Assembly (NCBI GenBank): GCA_002708825.1
Contig: PAPF01000030.1
Span: 59,365-123,364, forward strand
Source of the DNA: Phyllobacteriaceae bacterium
GTDB lineage: Bacteria > Pseudomonadota > Alphaproteobacteria > Rhizobiales > Rhizobiaceae
Reading direction: 5' to 3'
Length of the DNA stretch: 64,000 bases
A program made the position numbers and the translations under genes. The notes below the pieces were generated by a model. That model had not been told where the DNA came from. It ran no database searches and was given only the letters and a program-made list of their open reading frames with translations. Below, piece after piece: positions 29,763 through 40,587 of this stretch. Position 1 is the first letter of the stretch. Every line of letters begins with the position of its first letter.

Positions 29763-31388
29763 ATGAGCGCCCGCGCGACGGCAGGAGAAAAGGCAGGGCT
29801 GGCCGCGCTGGCCCTGCTTGGCCTGCTGGCCGGCGGCGCATTCGCCGGCCTGGTCCTTTCCGCCACGCGGCAGGGCGGCGATGTGGCCGGCGCCTTCGAT
29901 ACCTGGCTCTGGTCCGCTGCCCGGTTCACGCTGTGGCAGGCCGCGCTTTCCACGCTGCTTTCCGTCCTCCCGGCGGTCCTTGTCGCCCGCGCGCTCTTCC
30001 GCCACCGCACCTTCCCGGGCCGCGGGCTGATCCTCGGCCTGTTCGCGCTCCCGCTCGCCATTCCCGGCATCGTGGCGGCGCTCGCGACGCTGATGCTCTA
30101 TGGCCGCGCCGGTCTGCTGGCGCCGGTCCTCGCTCCGCTGGCGGACGGGCAATGGCCGGGCGTCTTCGGCCTGTCGGGCATCCTTCTCGCCCATGTCTTC
30201 TTCAACCTGCCGCTTGCCGCCCGCATGGCGCTGGAAGCACTGGAAGCGGTTCCGGCCGACCGCTGGCGCCTTGCCGCCCAACTGGGCATGGGACCGGCAG
30301 CCCGGTTCCGCGTGATCGAATGGCCGGCGCTGGCCTCCGCCCTGCCCGGTATTGCAGGTCTCGTCTTCATGCTCTGCGCCACCTCCTTTGCGGTCGTGCT
30401 GACGCTCGGCGGCGGCCCTTCCGCCTCCACGCTTGAGGTGGCCATATACCAGGCGCTGCGCTTCGATTTCGATCCGGCCCGCGCCGCGGCCTTGACCCTC
30501 ACGCAACTGGCCCTGACCGGCCTGCTTGTCACCGGCCTGCAATCCATGGGCGCGCCACTCACGGGAGAAACCAATCTCACGCTGGCCCGCCATGGCTACG
30601 TGCCGCCCGTATCCCGCAGCCAGGCGATTTCCGGCATGTTCGTCATTGCGATGGCAGCGGCCTTTGTCGGCGGTCCGCTCGTCGCCATGCTGCTGTCCGG
30701 CCTGCAGGCCGACCTGCCGCGCCTGCTCGGCGAATCCGCCGTGCGTCAGGCCCTTGTGACGAGCCTTGCCCTGGCGCTGGCCTCCGCCCTTCTGGCCGTG
30801 GCACTCACCCTTGCCCTGCTGCGCCTGCGCCTGGACCGCGAGAAGGCCCGGCGCCGTGGCGTCAGCCAAGGCTGGATCGAATGGGCAGCAGGCAACGGCG
30901 CCAGCCTGATCCTGCTCGTCCCGCCCATCGTCATTGGCGCGGGCTGGTTCATCCTCGCGGTGGAGGCCGGTCAATTGCGGTTGACGGGCATCATCGGCCC
31001 TGCCCTTGTCACCACGGTCAACGCCGCCATGGCCATGCCCTTCGTCATGCGCCTCCTCGGCCCCGCCCACGACATGGCCGCCGCACGCCATGACCGCCTT
31101 TCCGCCAATCTCGGCCTGACCGGCTGGATGCGCCTGCGCCTGATCGACCTGCCGGCATTGAAAGGGCCGCTGGCCGCCGGCTTTGCCTTTGCCATGGCCC
31201 TTTCTCTTGGCGACCTCGGTGTCATCGCCCTGTTCGGCTCGGAGGACTTTCGCACCCTGCCATGGCTGCTCCATGCGCGCATGGGCAGTTACCGCACCGA
31301 TGACGCCGCCGGCCTGGCGCTGATCCTTGCGCTTTCCTGCCTGGCATTGATGATGATCGCCGCACGGGCGGGAAGGGTCAGGGCATGA
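29763..31388 (+). CDS. thiP: Thiamine ABC transporter permease
   Basis: [38 protein letters not shown]. Confidence 0.93.
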   Translation: MSARATAGEKAGLAALALLGLLAGGAFAGLVLSATRQGGDVAGAFDTWLWSAARFTLWQAALSTLLSVLPAVLVARALFRHRTFPGRGLILGLFALPLAIPGIVAALATLMLYGRAGLLAPVLAPLADGQWPGVFGLSGILLAHVFFNLPLAARMALEALEAVPADRWRLAAQLGMGPAARFRVIEWPALASALPGIAGLVFMLCATSFAVVLTLGGGPSASTLEVAIYQALRFDFDPARAAALTLTQLALTGLLVTGLQSMGAPLTGETNLTLARHGYVPPVSRSQAISGMFVIAMAAAFVGGPLVAMLLSGLQADLPRLLGESAVRQALVTSLALALASALLAVALTLALLRLRLDREKARRRGVSQGWIEWAAGNGASLILLVPPIVIGAGWFILAVEAGQLRLTGIIGPALVTTVNAAMAMPFVMRLLGPAHDMAAARHDRLSANLGLTGWMRLRLIDLPALKGPLAAGFAFAMALSLGDLGVIALFGSEDFRTLPWLLHARMGSYRTDDAAGLALILALSCLALMMIAARAGRVRA

Positions 31389-32101
31389 GCGGCGGTCTCG
31401 AGGTCGAATTGAGGGATGTCCGGCTCTCGCTGGACGGGTTCGAGGCCTGTTTCGACGCGCGTCTGGAGGCCGGGAGCATCACCGCGCTGGTCGGCGCGTC
31501 GGGTTCGGGCAAGTCGACCTTCCTGAACCTGATCGCCGGTTTCGACCGCCCCGGCAGCGGCCGCGTCCTCATCGGTGGCGTGGACATGACCGAACGCGAC
31601 CCCGCCAATCGCCCGGTCTCGATGGTTTTCCAGGAAAACAACCTCTTCGGCCATCTCGACATCGCCGCCAATGTCGGTCTCGGGCGTTCGCCCTCGCTGC
31701 GCCTTTCGGCAACCGACCGCGCCGACATCGCGCAGGCCCTCGAACGGACCGGCCTTGCCGGCAAGGAACGGCGCAAGCCCGCCGAACTCTCCGGCGGCGA
31801 GCGCCAGCGCGCCGCACTGGCCCGCGTGCTGGTTCGCGACCGCCCTGTCCTTTTGCTCGACGAACCCTTCGCATCCCTTGGCCCCGCCCTGCGGACAGGC
31901 ATGCTGGACCTGCTGACCGCCCTTCAGCGCGAAACCGGCATGACGCTGGTCATGGTCACCCACCACCCGGAAGACGCCGTCGCGCTCGGCGGCCAGGCAC
32001 TTTTCCTGGAAGACGGACGCGTGGCCGCAAGCGGCCGGGCCAGCAACCTTTTCGGACCGCAAGGACCGGAAGCGGTGCGCCGCTATACCGGCCGGACATG
32101 A
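31385..32101 (+). CDS. thiQ: Thiamine ABC transporter ATP-binding protein
   Basis: [30 protein letters not shown]. Confidence 0.93.
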   Translation: MSGGLEVELRDVRLSLDGFEACFDARLEAGSITALVGASGSGKSTFLNLIAGFDRPGSGRVLIGGVDMTERDPANRPVSMVFQENNLFGHLDIAANVGLGRSPSLRLSATDRADIAQALERTGLAGKERRKPAELSGGERQRAALARVLVRDRPVLLLDEPFASLGPALRTGMLDLLTALQRETGMTLVMVTHHPEDAVALGGQALFLEDGRVAASGRASNLFGPQGPEAVRRYTGRT

Positions 32102-32235
32102 GGCGCCGAGCCGCTGTTCCGCCTGCTTTTCGCCGCTTTTGACAACGAGACAGGGCGGTGGACGGACTTGCCATCGGACCCCGCCTGTGTCTACGTGGGA
32201 CGGTAACCGGCGCGCCCTCCACGCCCGATTTGCCG

Positions 32236-33747
32236 ATGGTGGTTGAACTGGAACGCCTGAACCTCCCCTTTTCCGTCCTGTTGTGGCGCGCCGCGCGCGG
32301 TGCCGCGCTGGTTGCGGTCGCGTCCTTTCTGACGGCCTGTTCGCTGACCGGGCAGGACGGTGCGGGCGAGGTGCTGAAGCCGTCAGACAATCCCGTAACC
32401 TTTGAATCCTCGGCGCGCGACGAACGCATGCGAAAGCTGGCCGAATCGCAGCATCCGCGCATACTCGAAACCTATGGCGGCGAATATTCCGACCCGCGGT
32501 TGGAGCGCATGGTCGCCCGCGTGGTCGGCCGGCTGATCGCGGCGACACAGGATCCCGCCCAGTCCTACAAGATCACCATCCTGGATTCGCCCTCGGTCAA
32601 CGCCTTTGCCCTGCCCGGCGGATATCTCTATGTGACGCGCGGCCTTCTGGCACTCGCCAATGACAGCGCGGAACTGGCTGCCGTCCTGTCCCACGAAATG
32701 GCCCATGTGACCGCCAACCATGGTATCCAGCGCCGCCAGGCCGAGCAGGAAGCCGGCATCGCCGAGAAGGTGGCGCAGGACGTGCTCGCCGGCGATCCCA
32801 ACGCGCGCGCGGCCGTGATCCGCGGCAAGCTGCGCCTGGCGGAATTCTCCCGCAACCAGGAACTCGAAGCCGACGCGATTTCCATCAAGCAGATCGGCGA
32901 GGCGGGTTTCGATCCATTCGCCGCCGCCCGCTTCCTGCGTTCGATGAGCGCCTATTCGCAGTTCCGCTCCGTCAGCGGCGCCGACGATCCCTCGCTCGAC
33001 TTCCTCGCTTCGCACCCGTCCAGCCAGCGGCGCATAGATCTTGCCCTTCGCCATGCCCGCACCTTCGGGCCGCCGGGCAGCGGCGTCACCGACCGCGAAG
33101 CTTATCTCGATGGCATCGACGGCATCATCTATGGCGACACGCCCGACGAGGGCTACGTGCGCGGCCGCGACTTCCTGCATCCAGGTCTCGGCATCCGCTT
33201 CTCCGTGCCAGCCGGTTTCGTTCTCGACAATTCCGCCACGGCGGTGACGGCGGCAGGCCCCGGTGATGTGGCCGTCCGCTTCGATGGTGTTGCGGTGGAC
33301 CGGTCCACCGGTCCGGAAGCCTATATCGCCAGCGGATGGGTATCGGGGCTGGATGAAACGTCCATCCGGTCGGCAAGGATCGGCGGATTTCAGGGCGCGA
33401 CGGCGCGCGCTGCGGCCGATGGCTGGCAGTTCGATATTGCCGTCGTCCGCGCCGGACCGCAGATATTCCGTATTCTCACCGCGGCGCCCGCCAGCAGCAA
33501 TGCCCTCGCTCCCACAGCCTCCTTCGTGCGCGACAGCTTCGCCACCATGACGCAAGCCGAACGCCAGTCGCTGAAACCGCTCCGGATCAGGGTCGTCAGC
33601 GTTTCAGCCGGTCAGTCCCTGGCGACGCTTGCCTCACGCATGACGGGAACCGACCGCAAGCTCGACCTGTTCCGGCTTCTCAACGCGATGGGGCCGGGCT
33701 CCACCGTTTCGGCCGGAGACCGGGTCAAGATCGTGACCGACCAGTAA
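32236..33747 (+). CDS. M48-family metalloprotease lipoprotein with C-terminal LysM-like domain
   Basis: Lipobox FLTA-C; NAFALPGG, HEMAH, QELEAD, LASHP; start uncertain. Confidence 0.88.
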   Translation: MVVELERLNLPFSVLLWRAARGAALVAVASFLTACSLTGQDGAGEVLKPSDNPVTFESSARDERMRKLAESQHPRILETYGGEYSDPRLERMVARVVGRLIAATQDPAQSYKITILDSPSVNAFALPGGYLYVTRGLLALANDSAELAAVLSHEMAHVTANHGIQRRQAEQEAGIAEKVAQDVLAGDPNARAAVIRGKLRLAEFSRNQELEADAISIKQIGEAGFDPFAAARFLRSMSAYSQFRSVSGADDPSLDFLASHPSSQRRIDLALRHARTFGPPGSGVTDREAYLDGIDGIIYGDTPDEGYVRGRDFLHPGLGIRFSVPAGFVLDNSATAVTAAGPGDVAVRFDGVAVDRSTGPEAYIASGWVSGLDETSIRSARIGGFQGATARAAADGWQFDIAVVRAGPQIFRILTAAPASSNALAPTASFVRDSFATMTQAERQSLKPLRIRVVSVSAGQSLATLASRMTGTDRKLDLFRLLNAMGPGSTVSAGDRVKIVTDQ

Positions 33748-33793
33748 CCCCCGCGAGAAGTTTCGCCTTGCAGGCGCTCTGCCTTGGCCTGGT

Positions 33794-34654
33794 TCAGTGC
33801 TGGGCCATGCGGGGATCCGCCGCCACCAGCGCGCCATGCAGTTTTTCGATGGCGCGGTTCTCGATCTGGCGCACACGTTCCTTGGAAATGCCGAGCTTGG
33901 CACCCAGCGATTCCAGCGTGGCCCCATCCTCGGTCAGCCGGCGCTGCCGGATGATGAAGAGTTCGCGCTCGTTGAGGATGTTGAGCGCGCCGTGAAGCCA
34001 TTTCGACCGGCGTTCCTCGTCTATGGCGCCGCCGACGACCTCGTCTGGCTGGGGCGCATCCGAAACGAGGAAATCCATCTTTTCGGCACCATTGTCCTCG
34101 CTCTGGCTGACAGTCATGTTCAAGGAGGTGTCCGGACCCGAAAGGCGCGAATCCATCAGCGCCACATCGTTCTTCGATACGCCCAGTTTCTGGGAGATCT
34201 GGTCATGGATCTCGTCGATGTTCATCGGTTCCGGTCCGCGCGACAGTTTTGCCCGCAGTCGCCGCAGGTTGAAGAACAGCGCCTTCTGGGTCGATGACGT
34301 GCCACCACGCACGATCGACCAGTTACGCAGGATGTAGTCCTGGATCGAGGCCCGGATCCACCATGTCGCATAGGTGGAGAACCGCACCTCGCGCTCCGGA
34401 TCGAAACGCGCCGCGGCTTCGAGGAGGCCCACATGGCCTTCCTGGATCAGGTCGTTGAGCGGAAGTCCGAAATTGCGGAACCGCGCGGCCATCGAGATCA
34501 CCAGCCGCATGTGCGCGGTGGTAATGCGATGCAGCGCCTGCTGATCCCTTTCCTCTTTCCAGCGAACCGCCAGCGCGTGCTCCTCGTCCCGCTCGAGATA
34601 CGGCGCTTTCATCGCGGCGCGGACCATGCGATTGCGTAATGCGTCGTCGGTCAT
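33794..34654 (-). CDS. rpoH2: RNA polymerase sigma-32-family factor, RpoH2 type
   Basis: DLIQEGHVGL, RFSTYATWWIRA, RpoH box QKALFFNLR, SKERVRQIE; context next to carD. Confidence 0.88.
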   Translation of the reverse strand: MTDDALRNRMVRAAMKAPYLERDEEHALAVRWKEERDQQALHRITTAHMRLVISMAARFRNFGLPLNDLIQEGHVGLLEAAARFDPEREVRFSTYATWWIRASIQDYILRNWSIVRGGTSSTQKALFFNLRRLRAKLSRGPEPMNIDEIHDQISQKLGVSKNDVALMDSRLSGPDTSLNMTVSQSEDNGAEKMDFLVSDAPQPDEVVGGAIDEERRSKWLHGALNILNERELFIIRQRRLTEDGATLESLGAKLGISKERVRQIENRAIEKLHGALVAADPRMAQH

Positions 34655-34757
34655 GATTGCCTCCGGAAAAAGGTTCTGGCCTCGTTGTTTCTTACGTTGC
34701 CGCCGGTCTTCGGATCATGCCGGGACCGTCGCATGGCTACACCGCCGTCCTTCCGGA

Positions 34758-34783
34758 AACGGATCCAGCGCGGATTTCGTTCC
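34758..34783 (-). promoter_or_regulatory. Sigma-EcfG (general stress) promoter of rpoH2
   Basis: Minus strand GGAAC-N17-CGTT. Confidence 0.75.
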
Positions 34784-34924
34784 CCCCGGTTCAGGAAATG
34801 TGGAGCGAACAGTGGCCGCTGCCGCATGCAACCCGCTTGATCGCCTCGGTGGCGATCCGGCTTTTCGCTCGGAATTCCAGTGGGTTCGCAAGGCTTGCAG
34901 CCAGCGCTGAAGATTGATGAAAGC

Positions 34925-34953
34925 AAAAAAGCCCCGGCGCGGGGCCGGGGCTT
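34925..34953 (-). terminator. Terminator after carD
   Basis: Minus strand AAGCCCCGGC-CCCGC-GCCGGGGCTTTTTT. Confidence 0.85.
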
Positions 34954-34985
34954 GTCAAGAAAGACTGAACGCTGTGTTGCCGCGA

Positions 34986-35558
34986 TCAGGCCGCTTCTTC
35001 CTGGTCGGCTTCCTCATTGTCGGCCTTGGCGCCGCGGCGCGGGCCCTTGTTGAGGTTCTGCTCGATCAGGTTGACGGCCTCGGTCTCGCTCATCTTGTTG
35101 ACCGCAGCGATCTCGCGGGCCATGCGGTCCAGCGCCGCCTCGTAAAGCTGGCGTTCCGAGTAGGACTGTTCGGGCTGGTTCTCGGCGCGGTAAAGGTCGC
35201 GCACGACCTCCGAGATCGAGATCAGGTCGCCCGAATTGATCTTCGCGTCATATTCCTGCGCGCGGCGCGACCACATGGTGCGCTTCACACGGGCACGGCC
35301 CTGCACGACCTTGAGCGCACGGTCGACATAATCGGTTTCGGAAAGCTTGCGCATGCCGATGGAAACGGCCTTGGCGACCGGCACCTTCAGCCGCATCTTG
35401 TCCTTCTGGAAATCGATGACAAAAAGCTCCAGCTTGTGCCCGGCGACTTCCTGTTCCTCGATGGCGACGATCTGTCCGACGCCATGCGCCGGATACACGA
35501 TGCTCTCGCCGGTCTTGAAACCCTGACGCTGTGCCGATTTCTTCTGCTGGGTGGCCAT
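34986..35558 (-). CDS. carD: CarD/CdnL-family RNA polymerase-binding regulator
   Basis: FKTGESIVYPAHGVG, WSRRAQEY..KINSGD, VVRDL, QSYSERQLYE. Confidence 0.93.
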   Translation of the reverse strand: MATQQKKSAQRQGFKTGESIVYPAHGVGQIVAIEEQEVAGHKLELFVIDFQKDKMRLKVPVAKAVSIGMRKLSETDYVDRALKVVQGRARVKRTMWSRRAQEYDAKINSGDLISISEVVRDLYRAENQPEQSYSERQLYEAALDRMAREIAAVNKMSETEAVNLIEQNLNKGPRRGAKADNEEADQEEAA

Positions 35559-35927
35559 ACGCTTCTTTACTCCCTGTTGGACGCGGGCGGTTTCGCCAGC
35601 ATCGGAAACGGGCCGGATCGCGGACAAGCAGCCACTCTGGCCCAAACCGCACCCTTCGGCACCAAACCGCCCCTGGGACATGACTTTCACGCCCTGCCCT
35701 GGATGATCTTGGCCTGACTGGTGTGGGTTGAACCTTTCAAAGATTAACGCGCACTGCGCATGTGGCTGATTGCATGAACCGGCATGATGTGAGGGAAATA
35801 TCACAAAAAAGCGAAAGAATCAAGAATTTGCCGCATACGCGAAAGGAAGGGCCCTTTCCCGTGATCGGAAAAGGTTAATGACCTTGCGTTAACGTCCGCT
35901 CATACCCTGCCAGGGGCAGGCGTTCAA

Positions 35928-36269
35928 TCATTCATCGCCGGTTCCGGGCTCTGCCGAGAAGTATTTTTCCAGCTTGCCCGGCTCGCCGTCGAATTTTTCG
36001 GCGTCCGGCATCTGGTCCTTCTTGACCGTGATGTTTGGCCAGATCGAAGCATATTCGGTATTAAGCTTCAGCCAGTCTTCAAGTCCCGGTTCCGTGTCCG
36101 GCTTGATGGCCTCTGCCGGGCATTCGGGCTCGCAGACACCGCAGTCGATGCATTCATCCGGATGAATGACGAGCATGTTCTCGCCCTCGTAGAAACAGTC
36201 GACCGGGCAGACCTCGACGCAATCGGTGTATTTGCACTTGATGCAATTGTCGGTGACGATATAGGTCAT
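35928..36269 (-). CDS. fdxA: 7Fe-type ferredoxin
   Basis: [26 protein letters not shown]...[12 protein letters not shown]. Confidence 0.95.
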   Translation of the reverse strand: MTYIVTDNCIKCKYTDCVEVCPVDCFYEGENMLVIHPDECIDCGVCEPECPAEAIKPDTEPGLEDWLKLNTEYASIWPNITVKKDQMPDAEKFDGEPGKLEKYFSAEPGTGDE

Positions 36270-36440
36270 TTCAGGCTCCGGCGCTTGAAGCATCGCTCCG
36301 TTCTTTTGCGTGTCAGGTAACGGCTTTGAATGCCCCTGACAAGAGAAAGCTTTGCTGCCGGGCGGGCATTCCCGGACAAGTTTTTGCAGTGCGGCACAAT
36401 GGCGCGCCTTTCAGGGCCGGCGGCTGCGGAACCCTCAAAT

Positions 36441-36848
36441 TCAGCCGTCGCTGCCCTTCAGCCGGTCAGTCTGGCGCCGCTCCTTCTTGGTCGGCCGGCC
36501 CTTACCGGCCTCGCGCACCGGCAGCAGCTGGTCGGGCAGCCGTTCGTCGCGCGAAGGCGGCGGCGGCGAAAGATCCTCGTAGAGCAGCCTTGCTTCCTCG
36601 TAGGGACCGCGTCGGGTGCCGGGCGCAACGATCTTCAGCACCAGGACACGCCCTTCCAGCGTAACGGTCAGCACGTCGCCCGGACGCACCGCCTTGGCAG
36701 CGCTCTCGGTCTTGTCGCGATTGACCCGGACCCGGCCCGACTGGACCAGCTTGGCAGCCAGCGAACGGGATTTCACGATCCGTGCGAAGAACAGCCACTT
36801 GTCCAGCCGCTGGCGCCCGCCGCCATCCCCGCCGGTCTCCGCCGTCAT
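36441..36848 (-). CDS. hslR: S4 RNA-binding protein (Hsp15-like)
   Basis: RLDKWLFFAR..KSRSLA, RRGPYEEARLLY, GRPTKKERR. Confidence 0.85.
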   Translation of the reverse strand: MTAETGGDGGGRQRLDKWLFFARIVKSRSLAAKLVQSGRVRVNRDKTESAAKAVRPGDVLTVTLEGRVLVLKIVAPGTRRGPYEEARLLYEDLSPPPPSRDERLPDQLLPVREAGKGRPTKKERRQTDRLKGSDG

Positions 36849-36881
36849 GCCGCTGGAAGATCCCGGCACGCCATCATGAGG

Positions 36882-39800
36882 TCACTTGCCCATCTTGTCC
36901 TTGAGCGCCGCCAGCTTGGCGAAGGGCGAATCCGGATCGATCCTCTGCGGCTTGACCTCGCGCTGCGGCTTGCCGCCTTGCGGCCGCTCAGGTTTGCCAT
37001 GCCCCTTGCCTGCCGGCTTCGGCCCGCGGTTCTGGTCGCGGCCGCGACCCTTGAAACCATCGCGCTTGGGCTGGTTTTCGCGGCCGCGCGGTGCTTGCGG
37101 ACGGCCGCGTCCCTCGGGCCGGCCCTGCCGCCAGACGGTGATCGTGCGCGGCGCTTCCGGTTCCGGGTTCGCGCTTGCGGCCTGATCCGGCGTCTGTTCG
37201 GCTGCAACGTCCGCGCCGCTTTCCCTGGCTTCCGGAGCGGCATCCGGTGCTTCCCCGGCGGGCTGCGGGCTGGCCTCTGCCACACCGGCGCCCGCATCGT
37301 CCGTTCCGGGCGTCTGCGCGGACGCCGTGTCCACGTCCACGGCGGCATCGGTGTTGCCGGTTTCATCCGCCGGCGCCGCGGCGGCCTCCGCCTTGCCGGC
37401 CGCATCCAGCGCGTCCAGATGCGCTTCCACCTCTTCGGCGGGTTTCGTCTCGCCGCGGTAGCCCAGTGCCCTCAGGATCTCGTCCATGTCGTCGGGCGTC
37501 GCGCCGAGAATGGACATCATCGCCGGTGTGACGACAAAGGCGCGCCCGTCATAGCCGCCCTCCGGCCGGTTGCCCTGACCGGGCTGCCAGGAAACCGCCG
37601 GACGGATGAGATCGGCAAGCCGTTCCAGGATATCGACGCGCACCGCGCGCCGGCCGAGCACGCGGAACCCCGCCAGACGGTAGAAGTCGGCCTTGTACGC
37701 CGGGTCGGTGACAACCGAGGTGCGTCCCGCCGCCAGTGCCGCCACCACGTCGCCGAAGCCCGGCTCGTCTCTTGCATCGTGGAACAAGGCCCAGAGCGTG
37801 GTGATAAGGCCCGCCGGCGCAGGCTTCAGCAGGGCCGGGACGAACAGGTGATAGGCGCCGAAGCGCACACCCAGCTTGCGCAGGCCCGCCCGCGTGTCCT
37901 GGTCGAGGGCCTTGACCTCGTCGGCGATCTCGCGCCGGTTGATCACGCCCATCTGTTCGGCCATGCGGAAGGCAATGCCCTTGGCGATGCCTTCCAGCCC
38001 GTCTCCGGCCGCAAGGTCCTGCAAGGGCTTGAGGAGGCTTTCCACCTGGTAGGCGACGAAACGCTCGGCCCGCGCGGCCACCTTGTCGCGCGACGGGCCG
38101 GTCAGCTGTTCATCGGCCAGCAGGATCACGCGCGGCCGCAGGACATGGTCGCCGGCGGCCAGCATGGCGATGGGCGAACCGAGCCAGCGCAGGATGCCAT
38201 CGGAAGACAGGGCCAGGTCGCCATTGGCCGTGGCGGCGAAACGTTCCGCGCGCGCATCGAATTCCTGCCCGAGCGCCTTCTGCGCCGCGCCCTTGACAGC
38301 CTTGGCGTCCTCGCCTTCCGCAGACGTGTCGGCGGTGAACCGGAACCCCTGCAACTGACCGACGTGATGGCCTTCGACAGTGACGTCCCCGGCCGGGCTG
38401 ATTTCCGCTTCCAGCATCGTGTTTTCTCTCAAGCGCCTCATGAGCACGGAAGTCCTGCGATCTACGAAGCGTTTCGTCAACCTTTCATGCAGGGCATCCG
38501 ACAGCCTGTCCTCGATCTCGCGTGTTTTTTCCTGCCAGTGTGCCGGATCGGCAAGCCATCCCGGCCGGTGCGATACGAATGTCCACGTCCGGATCTGCGC
38601 GACGCGGGCCGACAGCGTATCGATATCGCCCTCGGTCCGGTCGGCCCGGCGCACCTGTTCTGCCATGTAGTCCTCGTCGACATGGCCCCGCCGCACCAGG
38701 TCGCCGTAAAGCTGGCCGATGATCTCGGAATGCTGTGCCGGGGCGATGCGCCGGTAATCCGGAAGCGCGCAAACATCCCAGAGCAGTTCCACCCGCTCCC
38801 GGTTTGTCGCCAGAGCCTGCACGTCCGGATCGCGCGACAGGAAGCCCAGCGCCTGCTGGTCGACGGCCGGCAGCGCGCGCGTCAGCCCTTCCACCGGCGG
38901 GATGGTTTCCAGCGACCGGGCCAGAGCCGCAAGGCTGGAGAAATCGAATTGCGCGGTCCGCCATTGCAGCGTGCGCACCGGCGCGAAGTCGTGCGCCTCC
39001 AGCCGCTCGACCAGTTCCTCCTCGAACATGTCGGCCTGTCCGGTGACCCCGAACGTGCCGTCGCGCGTGTGCCGGCCGGCACGCCCGGCGATCTGGCCGA
39101 GTTCGGCCGGTGTCAGCTGGCGGTACTGGAACCCGTCGAACTTGCGGGTCTGGGCAAAGGCGACATGGTCCACGTCGAGGTTCAGCCCCATGCCGATGGC
39201 GTCTGTCGCCACCAGGAAATCCACGTCGCCCGACTGGTAGAGGCCGACCTGCGCGTTGCGTGTGCGCGGGCTGAGCGCACCGAGCACGACAGCCACGCCG
39301 CCGCGCTGGCGGCGGATCAGTTCGCCGATCGCATAGACCTCGTCGGCGGAGAATGCGACGATCGCGGACCGGCGCGGCAGGCGGGTGATCTTCTTCGATC
39401 CCGACCAGGCAAGATGCGACATGCGCGGCCGCGTCACCACGGAGAGGCCGCGCAGCAGCTTTTCCAGGATGCCCCGCATGGTACCGGCGCCGAGCAGCAG
39501 GGTTTCCTGCCGCCCGCGCAGATGCAGGATGCGGTCGGTAAAGATATGCCCGCGCTCCAGGTCGCCGGCCAGTTGCACCTCGTCGATGGCGACGAAGGCG
39601 GCATCGGTCTGGCGCGGCATGGCTTCCACGGTGCACACCGAATAGCGCGCGCCGGGCGGGTTGATCTTCTCCTCGCCGGTGACAAGCGCCACATTGCCGG
39701 CGCCCACCTTTTCGCAGACCCGGCCATAGACTTCCCGAGCCAGAAGGCGCAGCGGCAGGCCGATCACGCCGCTGTCATGCGCGACCATGCGCTCGATTGC

Positions 39801-39896
39801 CAGATGTGTCTTGCCGGTATTGGTGGGACCCAGCACCGCCGTCACATCCCGCCCCGAAAGGACGAGCGGTTCGTTCTGTCTTGCGGGCGCGTTCAT
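36882..39896 (-). CDS. SUV3-like superfamily 2 helicase
   Basis: LGPTNTGKT, IDEVQ, ATDAIGMGLN, QIAGRAGR, C-terminal DPDSPFAKLAALK. Confidence 0.9.
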   Translation of the reverse strand: MNAPARQNEPLVLSGRDVTAVLGPTNTGKTHLAIERMVAHDSGVIGLPLRLLAREVYGRVCEKVGAGNVALVTGEEKINPPGARYSVCTVEAMPRQTDAAFVAIDEVQLAGDLERGHIFTDRILHLRGRQETLLLGAGTMRGILEKLLRGLSVVTRPRMSHLAWSGSKKITRLPRRSAIVAFSADEVYAIGELIRRQRGGVAVVLGALSPRTRNAQVGLYQSGDVDFLVATDAIGMGLNLDVDHVAFAQTRKFDGFQYRQLTPAELGQIAGRAGRHTRDGTFGVTGQADMFEEELVERLEAHDFAPVRTLQWRTAQFDFSSLAALARSLETIPPVEGLTRALPAVDQQALGFLSRDPDVQALATNRERVELLWDVCALPDYRRIAPAQHSEIIGQLYGDLVRRGHVDEDYMAEQVRRADRTEGDIDTLSARVAQIRTWTFVSHRPGWLADPAHWQEKTREIEDRLSDALHERLTKRFVDRRTSVLMRRLRENTMLEAEISPAGDVTVEGHHVGQLQGFRFTADTSAEGEDAKAVKGAAQKALGQEFDARAERFAATANGDLALSSDGILRWLGSPIAMLAAGDHVLRPRVILLADEQLTGPSRDKVAARAERFVAYQVESLLKPLQDLAAGDGLEGIAKGIAFRMAEQMGVINRREIADEVKALDQDTRAGLRKLGVRFGAYHLFVPALLKPAPAGLITTLWALFHDARDEPGFGDVVAALAAGRTSVVTDPAYKADFYRLAGFRVLGRRAVRVDILERLADLIRPAVSWQPGQGNRPEGGYDGRAFVVTPAMMSILGATPDDMDEILRALGYRGETKPAEEVEAHLDALDAAGKAEAAAAPADETGNTDAAVDVDTASAQTPGTDDAGAGVAEASPQPAGEAPDAAPEARESGADVAAEQTPDQAASANPEPEAPRTITVWRQGRPEGRGRPQAPRGRENQPKRDGFKGRGRDQNRGPKPAGKGHGKPERPQGGKPQREVKPQRIDPDSPFAKLAALKDKMGK

Positions 39897-40031
39897 CGTG
39901 GGCGGGGCGGTCCTTCGGACGGATCAGGGACAGCGCACGGGCTGTGCCGGTTTTCCAAAGCACAGCTGGAAGCAGGCTGCAAGCACGGCCGGTCCTTTTC
40001 TCATTCATGCACCGGTTGCAACCAGCGCGCG

Positions 40032-40090
40032 GATTCAGGCGGAACGAGTCTGGAACGAATCGGCGACGAATCGCTGACTCCGGTTGATTC
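40032..40090. promoter_or_regulatory. Six clustered GANTC (CcrM) sites overlapping a LexA-type GAAC-N7-GAAC box
   Basis: GATTC 40032, GAGTC 40046, GAATC 40057, GAATC 40068, GACTC 40076, GATTC 40086; GAAC at 40042 and 40053. Confidence 0.65.
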
Positions 40091-40454
40091 AGGCTTTGTT
40101 CCGGCCACTCCCATATGGGAACCGGCTGATCGCCTGGCAACGGCTCCAGCGGACCGGCTCGCCGGAAACGCCGTCGATCACGCGCACAAGGAGCATGGCC
40201 TCCTCGGACAATTGCCGCATCTCGATCACCTGTCCGGCTTCCGGGTCGCCCTCGGGGCCTTCGTAGCGGAAACTGTGGCGGCCATAGTCGCCGATGATCT
40301 CCGCGCCCGACGGGATGGTGATCGCGGACCCGTCGATGTGCAGCCGCTTTCCTTCCGGCGAGCACCAGTCGCCGTCGATCCTGTCGGCGAGGACGGGTTG
40401 TGAAAACAGCAGGCCGGCGATCAGGACCGGCAGGGCATGGACGATCCGGCGCAT
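40089..40454 (-). CDS. Hypothetical exported protein
   Basis: Signal peptide ending VLA-DRIDGDWC; GGAG RBS; two Cys in mature part. Confidence 0.75.
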   Translation of the reverse strand: MRRIVHALPVLIAGLLFSQPVLADRIDGDWCSPEGKRLHIDGSAITIPSGAEIIGDYGRHSFRYEGPEGDPEAGQVIEMRQLSEEAMLLVRVIDGVSGEPVRWSRCQAISRFPYGSGRNKA

Positions 40455-40535
40455 GAATTCACTCTCCACCTGTTACACTACGATGAAGATACCCGTTTCC
40501 GCAGCCGTTGCGAAGGCCGCCTTCCGGAAACGCCA

Positions 40536-40566
40536 GCGGGCGCCCGAAAGGGGCGCCCGCCGTTTT
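40536..40566. terminator. Hairpin after phbB
   Basis: GCGGGCGCCC-GAAAG-GGGCGCCCGC. Confidence 0.6.
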
Positions 40567-40587
40567 GCATTCCACGGTTTCCCGGCC

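Noticed and set aside
35875..35892. TTAA...TTAA upstream of carD as a CtrA site
   Set aside because: Spacing is 10 nt rather than 7; half-sites at best
36390..36406. GCGGC-N5-GGCGC RegR/ActR-like box upstream of fdxA
   Set aside because: GC-rich degenerate motif, too likely by chance in this genome
36330..40403. 1357-aa ORF antisense to the helicase, and similar long antisense ORFs over uup, iorB, the kinase, oafA and tkt
   Set aside because: Shadow ORFs expected from GC-rich codon bias (few stops on the opposite strand); no recognisable motifs; they overlap confident genes
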